64,000 nt of DNA from Escherichia phage ECp13: the sequence record PP274704.1; one strand, given 5' to 3'. Shown piece after piece: positions 1 through 9,505 of the stretch (the first letter of the stretch is position 1; each line of letters starts with the position of its first letter). Under the pieces are notes generated by a model that did no database searches, was not told the DNA's origin, and saw nothing but the letters and a program-made list of their open reading frames with translations. A program made the translations under genes and the position numbers.

Positions 1-10
1 CACTGAACTA

Positions 11-40
11 GTTTACTTTGCCACAAGGATGTGGTATAAT
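11..40 (+). promoter_or_regulatory. T4-type early promoter (GTTTAC, 18 nt, TATAAT, TGG upstream of -10)
   Basis: GTTTAC 11-16, TATAAT 35-40; near-identical copy at 43480-43509. Confidence 0.6.
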
Positions 41-68
41 GTTCTTACTTTCTACTGAGGAGATTAAT

Positions 69-1070
69 ATGACTCGTAACGAATATATCAAATCGTTCAA
101 TAGCGTTATTGATGATAAAGTTAAACCTATGTCTAGTCAGAATAGTGTGATTTCTATTATCAATCAATGGATCAATAATACTAGTGCAAGTATTGTTTCT
201 TCCGACAAATTTATTTATGAAGTTTGTGAAATTTCTAGTCGTACATATAAAGATGACATTAAGGAAACCTTTAAAGGTTCTCGTCTTCTTTCATACTTAG
301 TCAACAGAGATATTCTTAGTAAATTTGGGAAAGAAATTAAACGAACTAAAGATGTAGTAGGATATAATTGGTTCGGTGATGTTAATTCTTATCATCTTAA
401 TAATAAAGAAGACCCTGAGAATATTTTTACTCGTCGTTGGATTAGTAATTTCAGACTTTTCAAAGGACAAATTCTAAAATCAGCTTCTAAATTATGTTAT
501 GGCGATTATCGTCAAATTCATCCTTTGGCTTCTGATATGATTATCGTAAAAGAAAATGAGCTTGATAAAAATAAAGTAGCTATTTTTGTGAATTATGGAT
601 TTTTTACACCAAACGCTAACCAAAAGAATATTAATAAATTTTTCTCAATTGCTAGCACTATAACTTATCAATTAGAGGCGGCTTTGGGCTGTATGGAAAC
701 TGTAAAAAGTATTCATACATATCCTTTCAAAAATATGTGTGGTTGGGAAGGATATAAAATTATAATTAGCCTTCGTGAAGTGAAATGTGCGTACTCACCG
801 ACTGATAAAGAAATTTACCAACAAAAATGTGAAGAAATTGTGAATACTCCTAAAGAAGAAACTACCCTTGAGGAACTAATGGATAATCTTGATGATTCAC
901 CTGAACCGGTAGAAATTCGTCCAGAAGTTATTGCATTAGAAAAAGCTTATAAGGAAGTTCTAGAAATTTCTAATAAAGCGCAGAAAGAATATGAGCAGGC
1001 TAAAAGGATTTGGGAAGAATCTGTTAATCGCCTGGATCGTCTTGAACAAGCTTTACAATTAATTAAGTAA
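69..1070 (+). CDS. hypothetical early protein, 333 aa (nrdC-region ORF)
   Basis: ORF-track frame; ATG 69 follows GAGGAG; track start at 18 would include the promoter. Confidence 0.6.
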   Translation: MTRNEYIKSFNSVIDDKVKPMSSQNSVISIINQWINNTSASIVSSDKFIYEVCEISSRTYKDDIKETFKGSRLLSYLVNRDILSKFGKEIKRTKDVVGYNWFGDVNSYHLNNKEDPENIFTRRWISNFRLFKGQILKSASKLCYGDYRQIHPLASDMIIVKENELDKNKVAIFVNYGFFTPNANQKNINKFFSIASTITYQLEAALGCMETVKSIHTYPFKNMCGWEGYKIIISLREVKCAYSPTDKEIYQQKCEEIVNTPKEETTLEELMDNLDDSPEPVEIRPEVIALEKAYKEVLEISNKAQKEYEQAKRIWEESVNRLDRLEQALQLIK

Positions 1071-1122
1071 TTTAAAGCCAAGGATGGCTCGGAGTATAAA
1101 TCATTAACCAAGTGAGAAGAAC

Positions 1123-2052
1123 ATGAAAACTCGTAAACATTATATTGATTATTTTGACAGTCTTATTACTAAACACCGTAATTATCAGATCGGACACAGA
1201 GCAGTAATCAATAATATTCTTCGTGATTTCCTTCAATATGTTGGCCAGGAAAATCATATCTGTAAAGATACTCAAAACGCTTATTCTCATTCGTTAGGCA
1301 ATTTGCTTGAATGGTTTAAACGTTCTCGTATGTTATCTTCTACTGTAGCTCGCGATAACATTAAAAACTTTATGAAGCCGAGCTTCATTAAATCTGCAAC
1401 ATCTATAACCGATTTGGTTGAATTTACTATTGTTAACGATGTTAAAAAGACCCACTTGGCTGATTGGTTATCTACCATTCCTGAAACTAAATTTGCTGAT
1501 AAATTTGCTTGTCAATTCAATGACCAAGTGAATATGCTTTTTAAGCATGCTCGCAAACTATTTACCGCTGGTGATGACCGTACAAATACAGTTCATGTTA
1601 AGGACTGGGTTATTGCTGATGAAGTAACACATAAGCCAGGTGGTTCATCAGTGTTAATTAATATCCAGGTTCCTTATTATTACTCACGTAATCTCGGCAC
1701 CATGAACTCTAGAGAAATTAATAAGCACAACAAAACTATTCGTTCGTTGTCTTATAAACTCCGCATGATGTTAAAAATCATGGACGTAGTAGAAATGTAT
1801 GACGAAACCGAAGATAATGGTTCAATGTTATACAGTTCACGCATTCTAATTAAACTGAAGAACCCTAATACATATAAGACAGTTTTAAAAGAGCCTAAAG
1901 TAGAAAAGGTTGATAACCTGAGCGAAGAACGTGAATATCTCAATGCTCGTTTAATTGAAGTTGAAGCTCAGATTGCCGAACACACCAAATCGTTAAAAGT
2001 TCTTAATGCAAAAGCAAATGGTTTACGTAATGCTATTGAGGTGCTGAAATGA
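1123..2052 (+). CDS. hypothetical protein, 309 aa
   Basis: long ORF with SD-like GAGAAG upstream; co-directional with neighbours. Confidence 0.6.
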   Translation: MKTRKHYIDYFDSLITKHRNYQIGHRAVINNILRDFLQYVGQENHICKDTQNAYSHSLGNLLEWFKRSRMLSSTVARDNIKNFMKPSFIKSATSITDLVEFTIVNDVKKTHLADWLSTIPETKFADKFACQFNDQVNMLFKHARKLFTAGDDRTNTVHVKDWVIADEVTHKPGGSSVLINIQVPYYYSRNLGTMNSREINKHNKTIRSLSYKLRMMLKIMDVVEMYDETEDNGSMLYSSRILIKLKNPNTYKTVLKEPKVEKVDNLSEEREYLNARLIEVEAQIAEHTKSLKVLNAKANGLRNAIEVLK

Positions 2053-2366
2053 AAAAGCGTCTATTAGAAGATATTGCGGCTTCAAGTAATTCCAGTCTAA
2101 TTAAAATTATTATGGATGGTGAAGAAGACGATCTGGAAATGCGTGGAAAGATTCATGGTTGTGACGATTTAGATTTTAAACCTCCAGCCTGGGATGCTAT
2201 TATGGCTATGGTTGAACGTCGCGAAAGGGCTTCTAAAAACGTTCCTAATTGTCCTGAATGTGGTACTGAACAGGTTCAATTAATTCATTGGCAGACTAGT
2301 ATTCTTCGTTATAAATGCCGTCATTGCAAACACCGATTTAACCGAGAAGAAAATGACAAAGCGTAA
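2049..2366 (+). CDS. hypothetical zinc-ribbon protein, 105 aa
   Basis: ATGA start/stop overlap with upstream ORF; CPECG...CRHCKH motif. Confidence 0.55.
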
Positions 2367-2595
2367 AGAATATATGGAGACTGCTGAAAAGGCAGTCCGT
2401 GAATTAGCAATAGCGTATTATAATGAACATGGTAAATTTCCTGATAGATACAGCGTGCTTAAATCTGCTTTAACTCGTTCATATAAAAATATGCTATCAG
2501 AAGTAAGTGATATTATATACAAACATAAAGAACAAACGGGCCAAAGTCTTGATTACGACGAGACTTTTAAACAAGTACTAGGAATTAAGGAATAA
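2353..2595 (+). CDS. hypothetical protein, 80 aa
   Basis: ORF overlapping upstream stop; SD GAGAAG. Confidence 0.5.
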
Positions 2596-2596
2596 T

Positions 2597-2860
2597 ATGT
2601 TTAAAGTATATGGTTATGATAGCAACATCCATAAATGCGTGTATTGCGATAATGCAAAACGTCTTTTGACTGTAAAGAAACAGCCATTTGAATTTATCAA
2701 CATTATGCCGGAAAAAGGTGTTTTTGATGATGAGAAAATCGCTGAGCTTCTGACGAAACTAGGTCGTGATACTCAAATTGGTTTGACGATGCCACAAGTA
2801 TTTGCTCCTGATGGAAGTCATATTGGCGGATTTGACCAATTGCGGGAATACTTTAAATGA
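2597..2860 (+). CDS. nrdC: phage thioredoxin/glutaredoxin NrdC
   Basis: 87 aa, CVYC redox motif, sequence matches recalled T4 NrdC. Confidence 0.9.
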   Translation: MFKVYGYDSNIHKCVYCDNAKRLLTVKKQPFEFINIMPEKGVFDDEKIAELLTKLGRDTQIGLTMPQVFAPDGSHIGGFDQLREYFK

Positions 2861-3072
2861 TGCTCGAAGGAACTGATTATATCCATGACTACCGCGGAAG
2901 CGCGGTATATGTAGGTGATGAAGTTGCAGTTTACTATGGGTATGGAACTTTGATGACAGCCAAGGTTATTCAAATTAAAAATAACCGTGCTAAACTTGAA
3001 GTTTATTATTCTAATGGTGAAAAGTCTATTTCTAAATGGAAATATGGCGATTGTATGGTCAAATTGGGGTAA
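2857..3072 (+). CDS. hypothetical protein, 71 aa
   Basis: ATGA overlap with nrdC stop. Confidence 0.5.
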   Translation: MMLEGTDYIHDYRGSAVYVGDEVAVYYGYGTLMTAKVIQIKNNRAKLEVYYSNGEKSISKWKYGDCMVKLG

Positions 3073-3074
3073 AT

Positions 3075-3245
3075 ATGATTTACGATATTAGTGCATCAAG
3101 AACTCCGTCAATGGTTACTATTCCTGCTGAAGAATTAGATCGTCTTCAGAAAATTGAAGAACTTCTTTGGGAAATTGAATCTGATTTGCCATCAGGACTA
3201 GAATCCTGGATTGATTATGAAGAACTTAATAAATTGCGAAATTAA
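3075..3245 (+). CDS. hypothetical protein, 56 aa
   Basis: internal ATG of track ORF 3036..3245, chosen because it follows the upstream stop. Confidence 0.4.
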   Translation: MIYDISASRTPSMVTIPAEELDRLQKIEELLWEIESDLPSGLESWIDYEELNKLRN

Positions 3246-3255
3246 TTGGTGAAAA

Positions 3256-3576
3256 ATGACTATTGAAAATAAATTAGATGTTGATGCAGTTCTGAGTGAA
3301 ATCATCGAAGACCATGATGCATTTTCAGAAAATTATGATTTCGATTTTTCGGATTATCTTAAACCTATCGAAATAGAAGACTGGGTGCAAGATGGTAAAT
3401 GCCAATATCGTCAGTGCATTTATTTTAGTCCAAAACATAACGTTCATGTGTCTGTAAATGAAACTCGCTCAGGTTCTTACCATTCTGACTGGTATTATGC
3501 AGTTCCGACTGTTGAACTAGTCGAGCCCCGTGAACGTGTAGTAACTCAGACAGTACGAGAATGGATTACGCTATAA
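3256..3576 (+). CDS. hypothetical protein, 106 aa
   Basis: ORF with SD GGTGA. Confidence 0.5.
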   Translation: MTIENKLDVDAVLSEIIEDHDAFSENYDFDFSDYLKPIEIEDWVQDGKCQYRQCIYFSPKHNVHVSVNETRSGSYHSDWYYAVPTVELVEPRERVVTQTVREWITL

Positions 3577-3699
3577 AACCTTGGTGGGCGGCTAGATGGG
3601 AAACAGTAGAGCCAGAGCCGGAAGAACCGGTTTACACTGATGAAGAAACAGTATATAATGAACCAACGATAAATGACTTAATTGATATGGAGATGGGAC

Positions 3700-4146
3700 A
3701 TGATTACAGTAGATAAGTGGTTTAGAATTAATCGTGCTGATAAAGGGCTGTGTAATTATTGGCCGGAACTTAGTGCAGGTACTGTCTTTAAAGTTCGTGA
3801 ACTTGCAAAAGAATGCGAAGATGATATAGAACCTGATACTGGAATTATTGAAATTGAACTTTCTGATGGAAAGATTATTAACATCTATGATAAGCCAATT
3901 ACGTATTGGTGCTTGTGGAATACTGAATCAGTAGAAAATGGCGAAATTGAAGAGGTCGTAGAACGAGTTGATCAAGTTATTCATAAACCTGAAGCCGCTT
4001 TTCAAGGTGAACGCATTTCATATGCATTAGCTAAATTAGCTGCACAAGAAAATAACGATGGTTATGAAGGAAATTTAATGCAAGCTGCGGCAGAATATAT
4101 TGAATGGCTTGAAACTCAAAATTCTTTTTCTGACCGAGCGTTTTAA
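3700..4146 (+). CDS. hypothetical protein, 148 aa
   Basis: first ATG (3700) of track ORF that begins at a TTG; GGAG 8 nt upstream. Confidence 0.5.
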   Translation: MITVDKWFRINRADKGLCNYWPELSAGTVFKVRELAKECEDDIEPDTGIIEIELSDGKIINIYDKPITYWCLWNTESVENGEIEEVVERVDQVIHKPEAAFQGERISYALAKLAAQENNDGYEGNLMQAAAEYIEWLETQNSFSDRAF

Positions 4147-4157
4147 TACTTGAAAAT

Positions 4158-4165
4158 AATAAATA
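4158..4165 (+). promoter_or_regulatory. possible late-promoter variant AATAAATA upstream of gene 49
   Basis: 7/8 match to TATAAATA; a start just downstream would fall inside the 4165-4189 hairpin. Confidence 0.3.
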
Positions 4166-4195
4166 CCCTTATCTATTCAAGGTAAGGGTTTTATT
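4165..4195 (+). promoter_or_regulatory. hairpin immediately upstream of gene 49 start, sequestering the SD-like AAGGG
   Basis: perfect 7-bp inverted repeat ACCCTTA/TAAGGGT, 11-nt loop, then TTTATT and ATG 4196; consistent with the T4 gene 49 hairpin-masked initiation described in the literature. Confidence 0.5.
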
Positions 4196-4669
4196 ATGTT
4201 ATTGACTGGCAAATTATACAAAGAAGAAAAACAAAAATTTTATAATGCACAAAATGGTAAATGCTTAATTTGCCAACGAGAACTAAATCCTGATGTTCAA
4301 GCTAATCACCTTGACCATGACCATGAATTAAATGGACCAAAAGCAGGAAAGGTACGTGGATTGCTCTGTAATCTTTGCAATGCAGCGGAAGGTCAAATGA
4401 AGCATAAATTTAATCGTTCTGGCTTAAAGGGACAAGGTGTTGATTATCTTGAATGGTTAGAAAATTTACTTACTTATTTAAAATCCGATTACACCCAAAA
4501 TAATATTCACCCTAACTTCGTTGGAGATAAATCAAAGGAATTTTCTCGTTTAGGAAAAGAGGAAATGATGGCTGAGATGCTTCAAAGAGGATTTGAATAT
4601 AATGAATCTGACACCAAAACACAATTAATAGCTTCATTTAAGAAGCAGCTTAGAAAGAGTTTAAAATGA
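4196..4669 (+). CDS. 49: recombination endonuclease VII (Holliday junction resolvase)
   Basis: 157 aa, Cys-rich zinc motif and HxxDHDH-like segment, matches recalled T4 gp49. Confidence 0.9.
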   Translation: MLLTGKLYKEEKQKFYNAQNGKCLICQRELNPDVQANHLDHDHELNGPKAGKVRGLLCNLCNAAEGQMKHKFNRSGLKGQGVDYLEWLENLLTYLKSDYTQNNIHPNFVGDKSKEFSRLGKEEMMAEMLQRGFEYNESDTKTQLIASFKKQLRKSLK

Positions 4670-6483
4670 CAATTGAAAAAGAAATTGAAGGATTGATTCA
4701 TAAAACTAATAAAGACCTTTTAAACGAGAATGCTAATAAAGATTCTCGTGTTTTTCCAACTCAACGGGACCTTATGGCTGGTATTGTGTCTAAACACATT
4801 GCCAAAAATATGGTCCCGTCTTTTATTATGAAAGCGCATGAAAGCGGAATTATTCATTTCCATGATATTGATTATTCCCCTGCTCTTCCATTTACTAATT
4901 GCTGTTTAGTAGATTTAAAAGGAATGCTTGAGAACGGATTTAAGCTCGGTAATGCGCAGATTGAAACTCCTAAATCAATCGGCGTTGCTACTGCAATTAT
5001 GGCACAAATTACTGCGCAGGTTGCTTCTCATCAATATGGCGGAACGACTTTTGCGAATGTAGATAAAGTACTTTCTCCTTATGTTAAACGCACCTATGCA
5101 AAACATATTGAGGATGCAGAAAAATGGCAAATCGCTGATGCGTTGAATTACGCCCAGTCTAAAACAGAAAAAGACGTATACGATGCATTCCAAGCTTATG
5201 AATATGAAGTAAATACTCTCTTTAGTTCAAACGGACAAACACCTTTTGTAACAATTACGTTTGGTACGGGAACTGACTGGACTGAACGAATGATTCAGAA
5301 AGCAATTCTGAAAAATCGTATTAAAGGCCTTGGTCGCGATGGGATAACTCCTATTTTCCCTAAGCTTGTTATGTTCGTTGAAGAGGGCGTCAATCTTTAT
5401 AAAGATGATCCGAACTATGATATTAAGCAGCTTGCTCTAGAGTGTGCAAGCAAAAGAATGTATCCTGATATTATTTCAGCTAAGAATAATAAAGCTATCA
5501 CCGGTTCATCTGTTCCTGTTTCTCCAATGGGTTGCCGCAGTTTCTTGAGTGTATGGAAAGATTCGACTGGTAATGAAATTCTTGATGGACGTAATAATCT
5601 TGGCGTTGTAACACTGAATCTTCCTCGCATTGCACTAGATTCTTATATTGGAACACAGTTCAATGAACAGAAATTTGCCGAATTGTTCAATGAACGAATG
5701 GATTTGTGTTTTGAAGCTTTGATGTGTAGAATTAGTTCCTTAAAAGGAGTTAAAGCGACTGTTGCTCCTATTCTTTACCAAGAAGGTGCATTCGGGGTTC
5801 GTCTTAAACCTGATGATGACATAATTGAGTTATTTAAAAACGGTAGAAGTTCAGTGTCTTTAGGATACATTGGTATTCACGAATTGAATATTCTTGTCGG
5901 TCGTGATATTGGACAGGAAATTTTAACTAAAATGAATGCTCGTCTTAAGCAGTGGACTGAAAGAACCGGTTTTGCTTTTAGCTTGTATTCTACTCCTGCT
6001 GAAAACCTTTGCTATCGCTTCTGTAAACTTGATACTGAAAAATATGGAAGTGTAAAAGATGTTACTGATAAAGGCTGGTACACTAATAGTTTCCATGTTT
6101 CAGTAGAAGAAAATATTACTCCATTTGAAAAGATTTCCCGCGAAGCTCCATATCATTTCATTGCGACAGGTGGTCACATTTCTTATGTTGAACTTCCTGA
6201 TATGAAAAATAACCTAAAAGGTCTTGAGGCTGTATGGGATTATGCTGCACAGCATTTAGATTATTTTGGCGTTAATATGCCAGTAGATAAGTGTTTTACA
6301 TGCGGAAGTACACATGAAATGACTCCTACTGAAAACGGATTTGTTTGTTCTATTTGTGGAGAAACTGATCCTAAAAAGATGAACACAATAAGAAGAACTT
6401 GTGGTTATTTGGGAAATCCGAATGAACGCGGATTTAATCTCGGCAAAAATAAAGAAATCATGCATAGGGTTAAACACCAATGA
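4666..6483 (+). CDS. nrdD: anaerobic ribonucleoside-triphosphate reductase NrdD, intronless
   Basis: 605 aa continuous ORF; C-terminal Cys4 ribbon and glycyl-radical motif RTCGYLG. Confidence 0.95.
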   Translation: MTIEKEIEGLIHKTNKDLLNENANKDSRVFPTQRDLMAGIVSKHIAKNMVPSFIMKAHESGIIHFHDIDYSPALPFTNCCLVDLKGMLENGFKLGNAQIETPKSIGVATAIMAQITAQVASHQYGGTTFANVDKVLSPYVKRTYAKHIEDAEKWQIADALNYAQSKTEKDVYDAFQAYEYEVNTLFSSNGQTPFVTITFGTGTDWTERMIQKAILKNRIKGLGRDGITPIFPKLVMFVEEGVNLYKDDPNYDIKQLALECASKRMYPDIISAKNNKAITGSSVPVSPMGCRSFLSVWKDSTGNEILDGRNNLGVVTLNLPRIALDSYIGTQFNEQKFAELFNERMDLCFEALMCRISSLKGVKATVAPILYQEGAFGVRLKPDDDIIELFKNGRSSVSLGYIGIHELNILVGRDIGQEILTKMNARLKQWTERTGFAFSLYSTPAENLCYRFCKLDTEKYGSVKDVTDKGWYTNSFHVSVEENITPFEKISREAPYHFIATGGHISYVELPDMKNNLKGLEAVWDYAAQHLDYFGVNMPVDKCFTCGSTHEMTPTENGFVCSICGETDPKKMNTIRRTCGYLGNPNERGFNLGKNKEIMHRVKHQ

Positions 6484-6950
6484 ATTATGATAGATTTTAT
6501 CCTTGCGATTTTGTGAATGGCCCTGGATGCAGGGTCGTTCTTTTCGTTACGGGGTGTTTGCATAAATGCGAAGGGTGTTATAATAAATCAACATGGAATG
6601 CTAGAAATGGCGTTCCATTCACTGGTGAAACACTAGAACAATTAATTGAATGTTTGAATAATGATTATATAGAAGGATTAACTATAACTGGAGGAGACCC
6701 TCTCTATCCTGATAACCGAGATGCTGTTCATTGCATTGTTCAAACAGTAAAAAATCTTTATCCAAATAAAAGCATTTGGTTGTGGACAGGATATAAGTTT
6801 GAAGATATTAAACAACTAGAAATGCTTAAATATGTTGATGTTATTATTGATGGGAAGTATGAGAAAAATCTTCCGACCAAAAAGCTGTGGCGAGGATCAG
6901 ATAATCAGCGACTTTGGTCAAATACCGATGGGGTGTGGAAACATGATTAA
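6480..6950 (+). CDS. nrdG: anaerobic RNR activating protein NrdG (radical SAM)
   Basis: 156 aa; Cys-rich cluster CDFVNGPGC...CLHKCEGC; ATGA overlap with nrdD. Confidence 0.9.
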   Translation: MNYDRFYPCDFVNGPGCRVVLFVTGCLHKCEGCYNKSTWNARNGVPFTGETLEQLIECLNNDYIEGLTITGGDPLYPDNRDAVHCIVQTVKNLYPNKSIWLWTGYKFEDIKQLEMLKYVDVIIDGKYEKNLPTKKLWRGSDNQRLWSNTDGVWKHD

Positions 6951-7065
6951 ATTGAATTATATTATGGACACTATAAATGATATGATTTTTCATTTTGGTC
7001 CAGAATTTTATTCGCAATATAGTTTAGTGCTTATCAATGCTTGGTTAATCAATTAAGGGTAAAAT

Positions 7066-7278
7066 ATGTATAAATTTCGCAAAGGTTTAGCTGATTTTCT
7101 TACAACTGTAACATTCTTTCTGTTTATGGCAGTTGGAGCTATTTTCCTTATTCCTTTTATTGCTATATTTTTCGTGATTAGTTTGATTTCTCCAGAAAAA
7201 GGACTGTCTTCTAGCGAGTTCAATGAGCGTCTGGATAAAATTACTAATAAGCTGAATTCTGCTCTTAGTAAGGAATAG
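7066..7278 (+). CDS. small membrane protein, 70 aa
   Basis: hydrophobic core consistent with TM helices; SD AAGGG. Confidence 0.5.
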   Translation: MYKFRKGLADFLTTVTFFLFMAVGAIFLIPFIAIFFVISLISPEKGLSSSEFNERLDKITNKLNSALSKE

Positions 7279-7280
7279 TT

Positions 7281-7589
7281 GTGAAACAGAACAAGATTGA
7301 AGTCTATGGAATTCCAGATGAAGTAGGTCGTTGTCCTGGATGTCAATCAGTTACAAAACTTCTAAAGGAGCTCAATGCTCCTTTTACTTTCTATAAAGTT
7401 CTTACAAATAATGGTAAGATTGAGTATGATCGTCCACTGATTGTATCTCTTGCTAAACGCGCTGGATTCACATCTCTTAACATTCGTTATCCAGTCATTT
7501 TCATCAATGATTCTAGACAAAAGAATATTAAACACTTCAAAGAAACTCTCATTTCACTTGGATATGATAGAGATATCATAGAAGATTAA
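7281..7589 (+). CDS. nrdH: glutaredoxin-like protein (NrdH-like)
   Basis: 102 aa, GTG start after AAGGA, CPGC redox motif. Confidence 0.7.
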   Translation: MKQNKIEVYGIPDEVGRCPGCQSVTKLLKELNAPFTFYKVLTNNGKIEYDRPLIVSLAKRAGFTSLNIRYPVIFINDSRQKNIKHFKETLISLGYDRDIIED

Positions 7590-7592
7590 GAC

Positions 7593-7614
7593 GGGCCCTC
7601 TGGGCCTTTCTTTC
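7593..7614 (+). terminator. putative rho-independent terminator after nrdH-like gene
   Basis: GGCCC-TCT-GGGCC hairpin followed by T-rich run. Confidence 0.55.
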
Positions 7615-7642
7615 TCACATTCTGTATATTACCATTCTAAGC

Positions 7643-7680
7643 TATCGTTCCCTTCTTATCGTTCCCTTCTTATCGTTCCC
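7643..7680 (+). repeat. tandem direct repeat, 14-bp unit TATCGTTCCCTTCT x 2.7
   Basis: copies at 7643-7656, 7657-7670, partial 7671-7680; intergenic. Confidence 0.9.
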
Positions 7681-7701
7681 TAAAATAATTTTCACAAAGT
7701 T

Positions 7702-7731
7702 GTTTACAACAAGTTCAAACTGTGGTATTAT
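7702..7731 (+). promoter_or_regulatory. T4-type early promoter
   Basis: GTTTAC 7702-7707, 18-nt spacer, TATTAT 7726-7731. Confidence 0.55.
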
Positions 7732-7761
7732 TAACATATGAATTGCCTTTGAGGATTTGAT

Positions 7762-7938
7762 ATGGTTGATAAAGAGATTAAAAGAGATCAGTATTATCGT
7801 GTTAACGGACATATTGTTATTGTTACAGCAGTAGATGATCTAGATGTTCATTATACTGTACTTAAATGGAATAAACAGATGATTTGCGATCGTGCTGTAT
7901 TTAGTTCAGTTGCTAAGGAAATTAAACTCCATGGGTAA
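7762..7938 (+). CDS. hypothetical protein, 58 aa (below ORF-track cutoff)
   Basis: ATG 7762 after GAGGA; hand-translated MVDKEIKRDQYYRVNGH... Confidence 0.4.
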   Translation: MVDKEIKRDQYYRVNGHIVIVTAVDDLDVHYTVLKWNKQMICDRAVFSSVAKEIKLHG

Positions 7939-8224
7939 AACGTATCGTCGTAAAGATTTAAAAGTACGTGATTATGACTATTTCGGAAAGCGTAAAGCTC
8001 CTGATGGTGTAAGTCATAAAGATATGGTTGAAAACATTTTTCGCTCTGATAAATGGCGTAGAATGAAAGGCATTGATTCAGAAGTTAAAGATGAGCTAAA
8101 TCGCCAATTACGTGGTGAAGTAAGAAAGTTGAAAAAATCAGTTTACATTGATGATGATTTTGATTATAATACTTCTCAACGAGTTGCTAAGCGCAAATCA
8201 AACGAGTGCTATCGTTACAGCTGA
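7931..8224 (+). CDS. hypothetical basic protein, 97 aa
   Basis: ATG 7931 after AAGGA, overlapping upstream stop; in frame with track ORF 7892..8224. Confidence 0.5.
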   Translation: MGKTYRRKDLKVRDYDYFGKRKAPDGVSHKDMVENIFRSDKWRRMKGIDSEVKDELNRQLRGEVRKLKKSVYIDDDFDYNTSQRVAKRKSNECYRYS

Positions 8225-8231
8225 GGAAAAT

Positions 8232-8363
8232 ATGAATATCAAACGCATGCTTTTTAAACAAGGATTATACACTTTAAATGTTGCTCCAAAAGGCGATACG
8301 ACCAAGTGGTCAGTAAATGATTGGATTAAATTTATTGATGAAAATGGTAACTGGAAAATTTAA
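8232..8363 (+). CDS. hypothetical protein, 43 aa
   Basis: ATG 8232 after strong SD TGAGGAAAA. Confidence 0.4.
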   Translation: MNIKRMLFKQGLYTLNVAPKGDTTKWSVNDWIKFIDENGNWKI

Positions 8364-8564
8364 ATGAATCCTGAATCTAAATTATCGCAACGAATTGCTG
8401 AAGCTCGTCGTCAGTTCTTTGAAAATATGATAGCCCAAGGTATTGATGACGAAGTTTTTCTAAATTGGTTTTGGAATCACAAATATTCAAGTTGCTCAGG
8501 AGCAATATTAATATCAGCTGCAATGATGTACGAAGGCTGGAAGGGTGCCAAACAGTTTAGCTAA
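8364..8564 (+). CDS. hypothetical protein, 66 aa
   Basis: ORF immediately following previous stop. Confidence 0.5.
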   Translation: MNPESKLSQRIAEARRQFFENMIAQGIDDEVFLNWFWNHKYSSCSGAILISAAMMYEGWKGAKQFS

Positions 8565-8581
8565 GGGCTTCGGCCCTTTTT
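8564..8581 (+). terminator. rho-independent terminator (GGGC-UUCG-GCCC + T5)
   Basis: AGGGCTTCGGCCCT followed by TTTTT. Confidence 0.7.
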
Positions 8582-8616
8582 GGATAATAAAATTTTAATG
8601 AAATTGAGGATAATGT

Positions 8617-8943
8617 ATGACTATTCAAATTAAAAACGCCATCAATTCTTACGCATATGATAAAGTAGTTTCTTTGCTAGAAAAAGGCAATATTGTAACT
8701 CCTCAAATTTTGGATAAATGGGAAAAAGAGCTTCATCAGACGATGAAACAGAATGATCAGAAAATTGGTCGCAATACTGTCCGTGAATTGTTGGTTCAAT
8801 ATATCTTGTCAGAATTTGATGTTAAAGCTTTTGGCGTAGAATCTAAAGCTTATCAAAAGCATGAAATTTCTGATAAAACTATTCGTCGTATGAAAAATCA
8901 ACGCAAGAAAAAATTTGCTGATCTGAAAATTGCTAAGGTATGA
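8617..8943 (+). CDS. hypothetical protein, 108 aa
   Basis: ORF with SD TGAGGA. Confidence 0.55.
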   Translation: MTIQIKNAINSYAYDKVVSLLEKGNIVTPQILDKWEKELHQTMKQNDQKIGRNTVRELLVQYILSEFDVKAFGVESKAYQKHEISDKTIRRMKNQRKKKFADLKIAKV

Positions 8944-9161
8944 ATATGAACGAAGCTCTTATTAACGATTTACGTCTTGCCGGATATGAAGTAAATACAA
9001 ATGGCATTGGTTTAACTCAAATTGAAGGAAATGGATTCATCCTTGAGTATGAATTTAGCCAATGGTGGTTATATGCTAATTATGGCGAATTGATTGAATA
9101 CGTTGACCAGTTTGATTCACTAGATGCAGCTCTTGAAGCGGCTAAGTTGATGAATGTATGA
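8940..9161 (+). CDS. hypothetical protein, 73 aa
   Basis: ATGA overlap with upstream ORF. Confidence 0.5.
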   Translation: MNMNEALINDLRLAGYEVNTNGIGLTQIEGNGFILEYEFSQWWLYANYGELIEYVDQFDSLDAALEAAKLMNV

Positions 9162-9427
9162 AATTTATTAATATTTCTATTACTATTGAAAATTATGGCA
9201 TTTTCTATGTTGATCAATATATGAAAATTTCATTTTTCCCAAATAAGACTGGGGTTGGATATTGGGAAAGCCATGTTTCTGAATTAAATGAAAGTGAATA
9301 TGTTAGCACGCATGAAAAGTTTTTAGACTTTTTATATCACGCTGATTTAACTAGTCATTATATAGATATTCATGAATTTAAAAAGATGATGGAGAAAGTG
9401 TTCCAAGCATACTGCTTACTTAGATAA
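9158..9427 (+). CDS. hypothetical protein, 89 aa
   Basis: ATGA overlap with upstream ORF. Confidence 0.5.
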   Translation: MKFINISITIENYGIFYVDQYMKISFFPNKTGVGYWESHVSELNESEYVSTHEKFLDFLYHADLTSHYIDIHEFKKMMEKVFQAYCLLR

Positions 9428-9505
9428 TTGATATCCTCTATGCTTTAAGATAGATCTTCAAATATTATGATATAATAGATCTATGAATTGAGCTAAGAGG
9501 TGAAA

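Noticed and set aside
1072-1290. Minus-strand ORFs from the six-frame track lying inside plus-strand genes (for example 1072..1290, 4975..5193, 16484..16900, 20510..20854, 41164..41730)
   Set aside because: They sit antisense within well-supported conserved genes, lack ribosome-binding sites and have low-complexity composition typical of chance ORFs in AT-rich DNA.
6832-7056. 74-codon ORF overlapping the 3' end of nrdG
   Set aside because: Mostly overlaps nrdG out of frame; only a 37-codon tail from ATG 6943 is free, with a weak ribosome-binding site, so it was not called.
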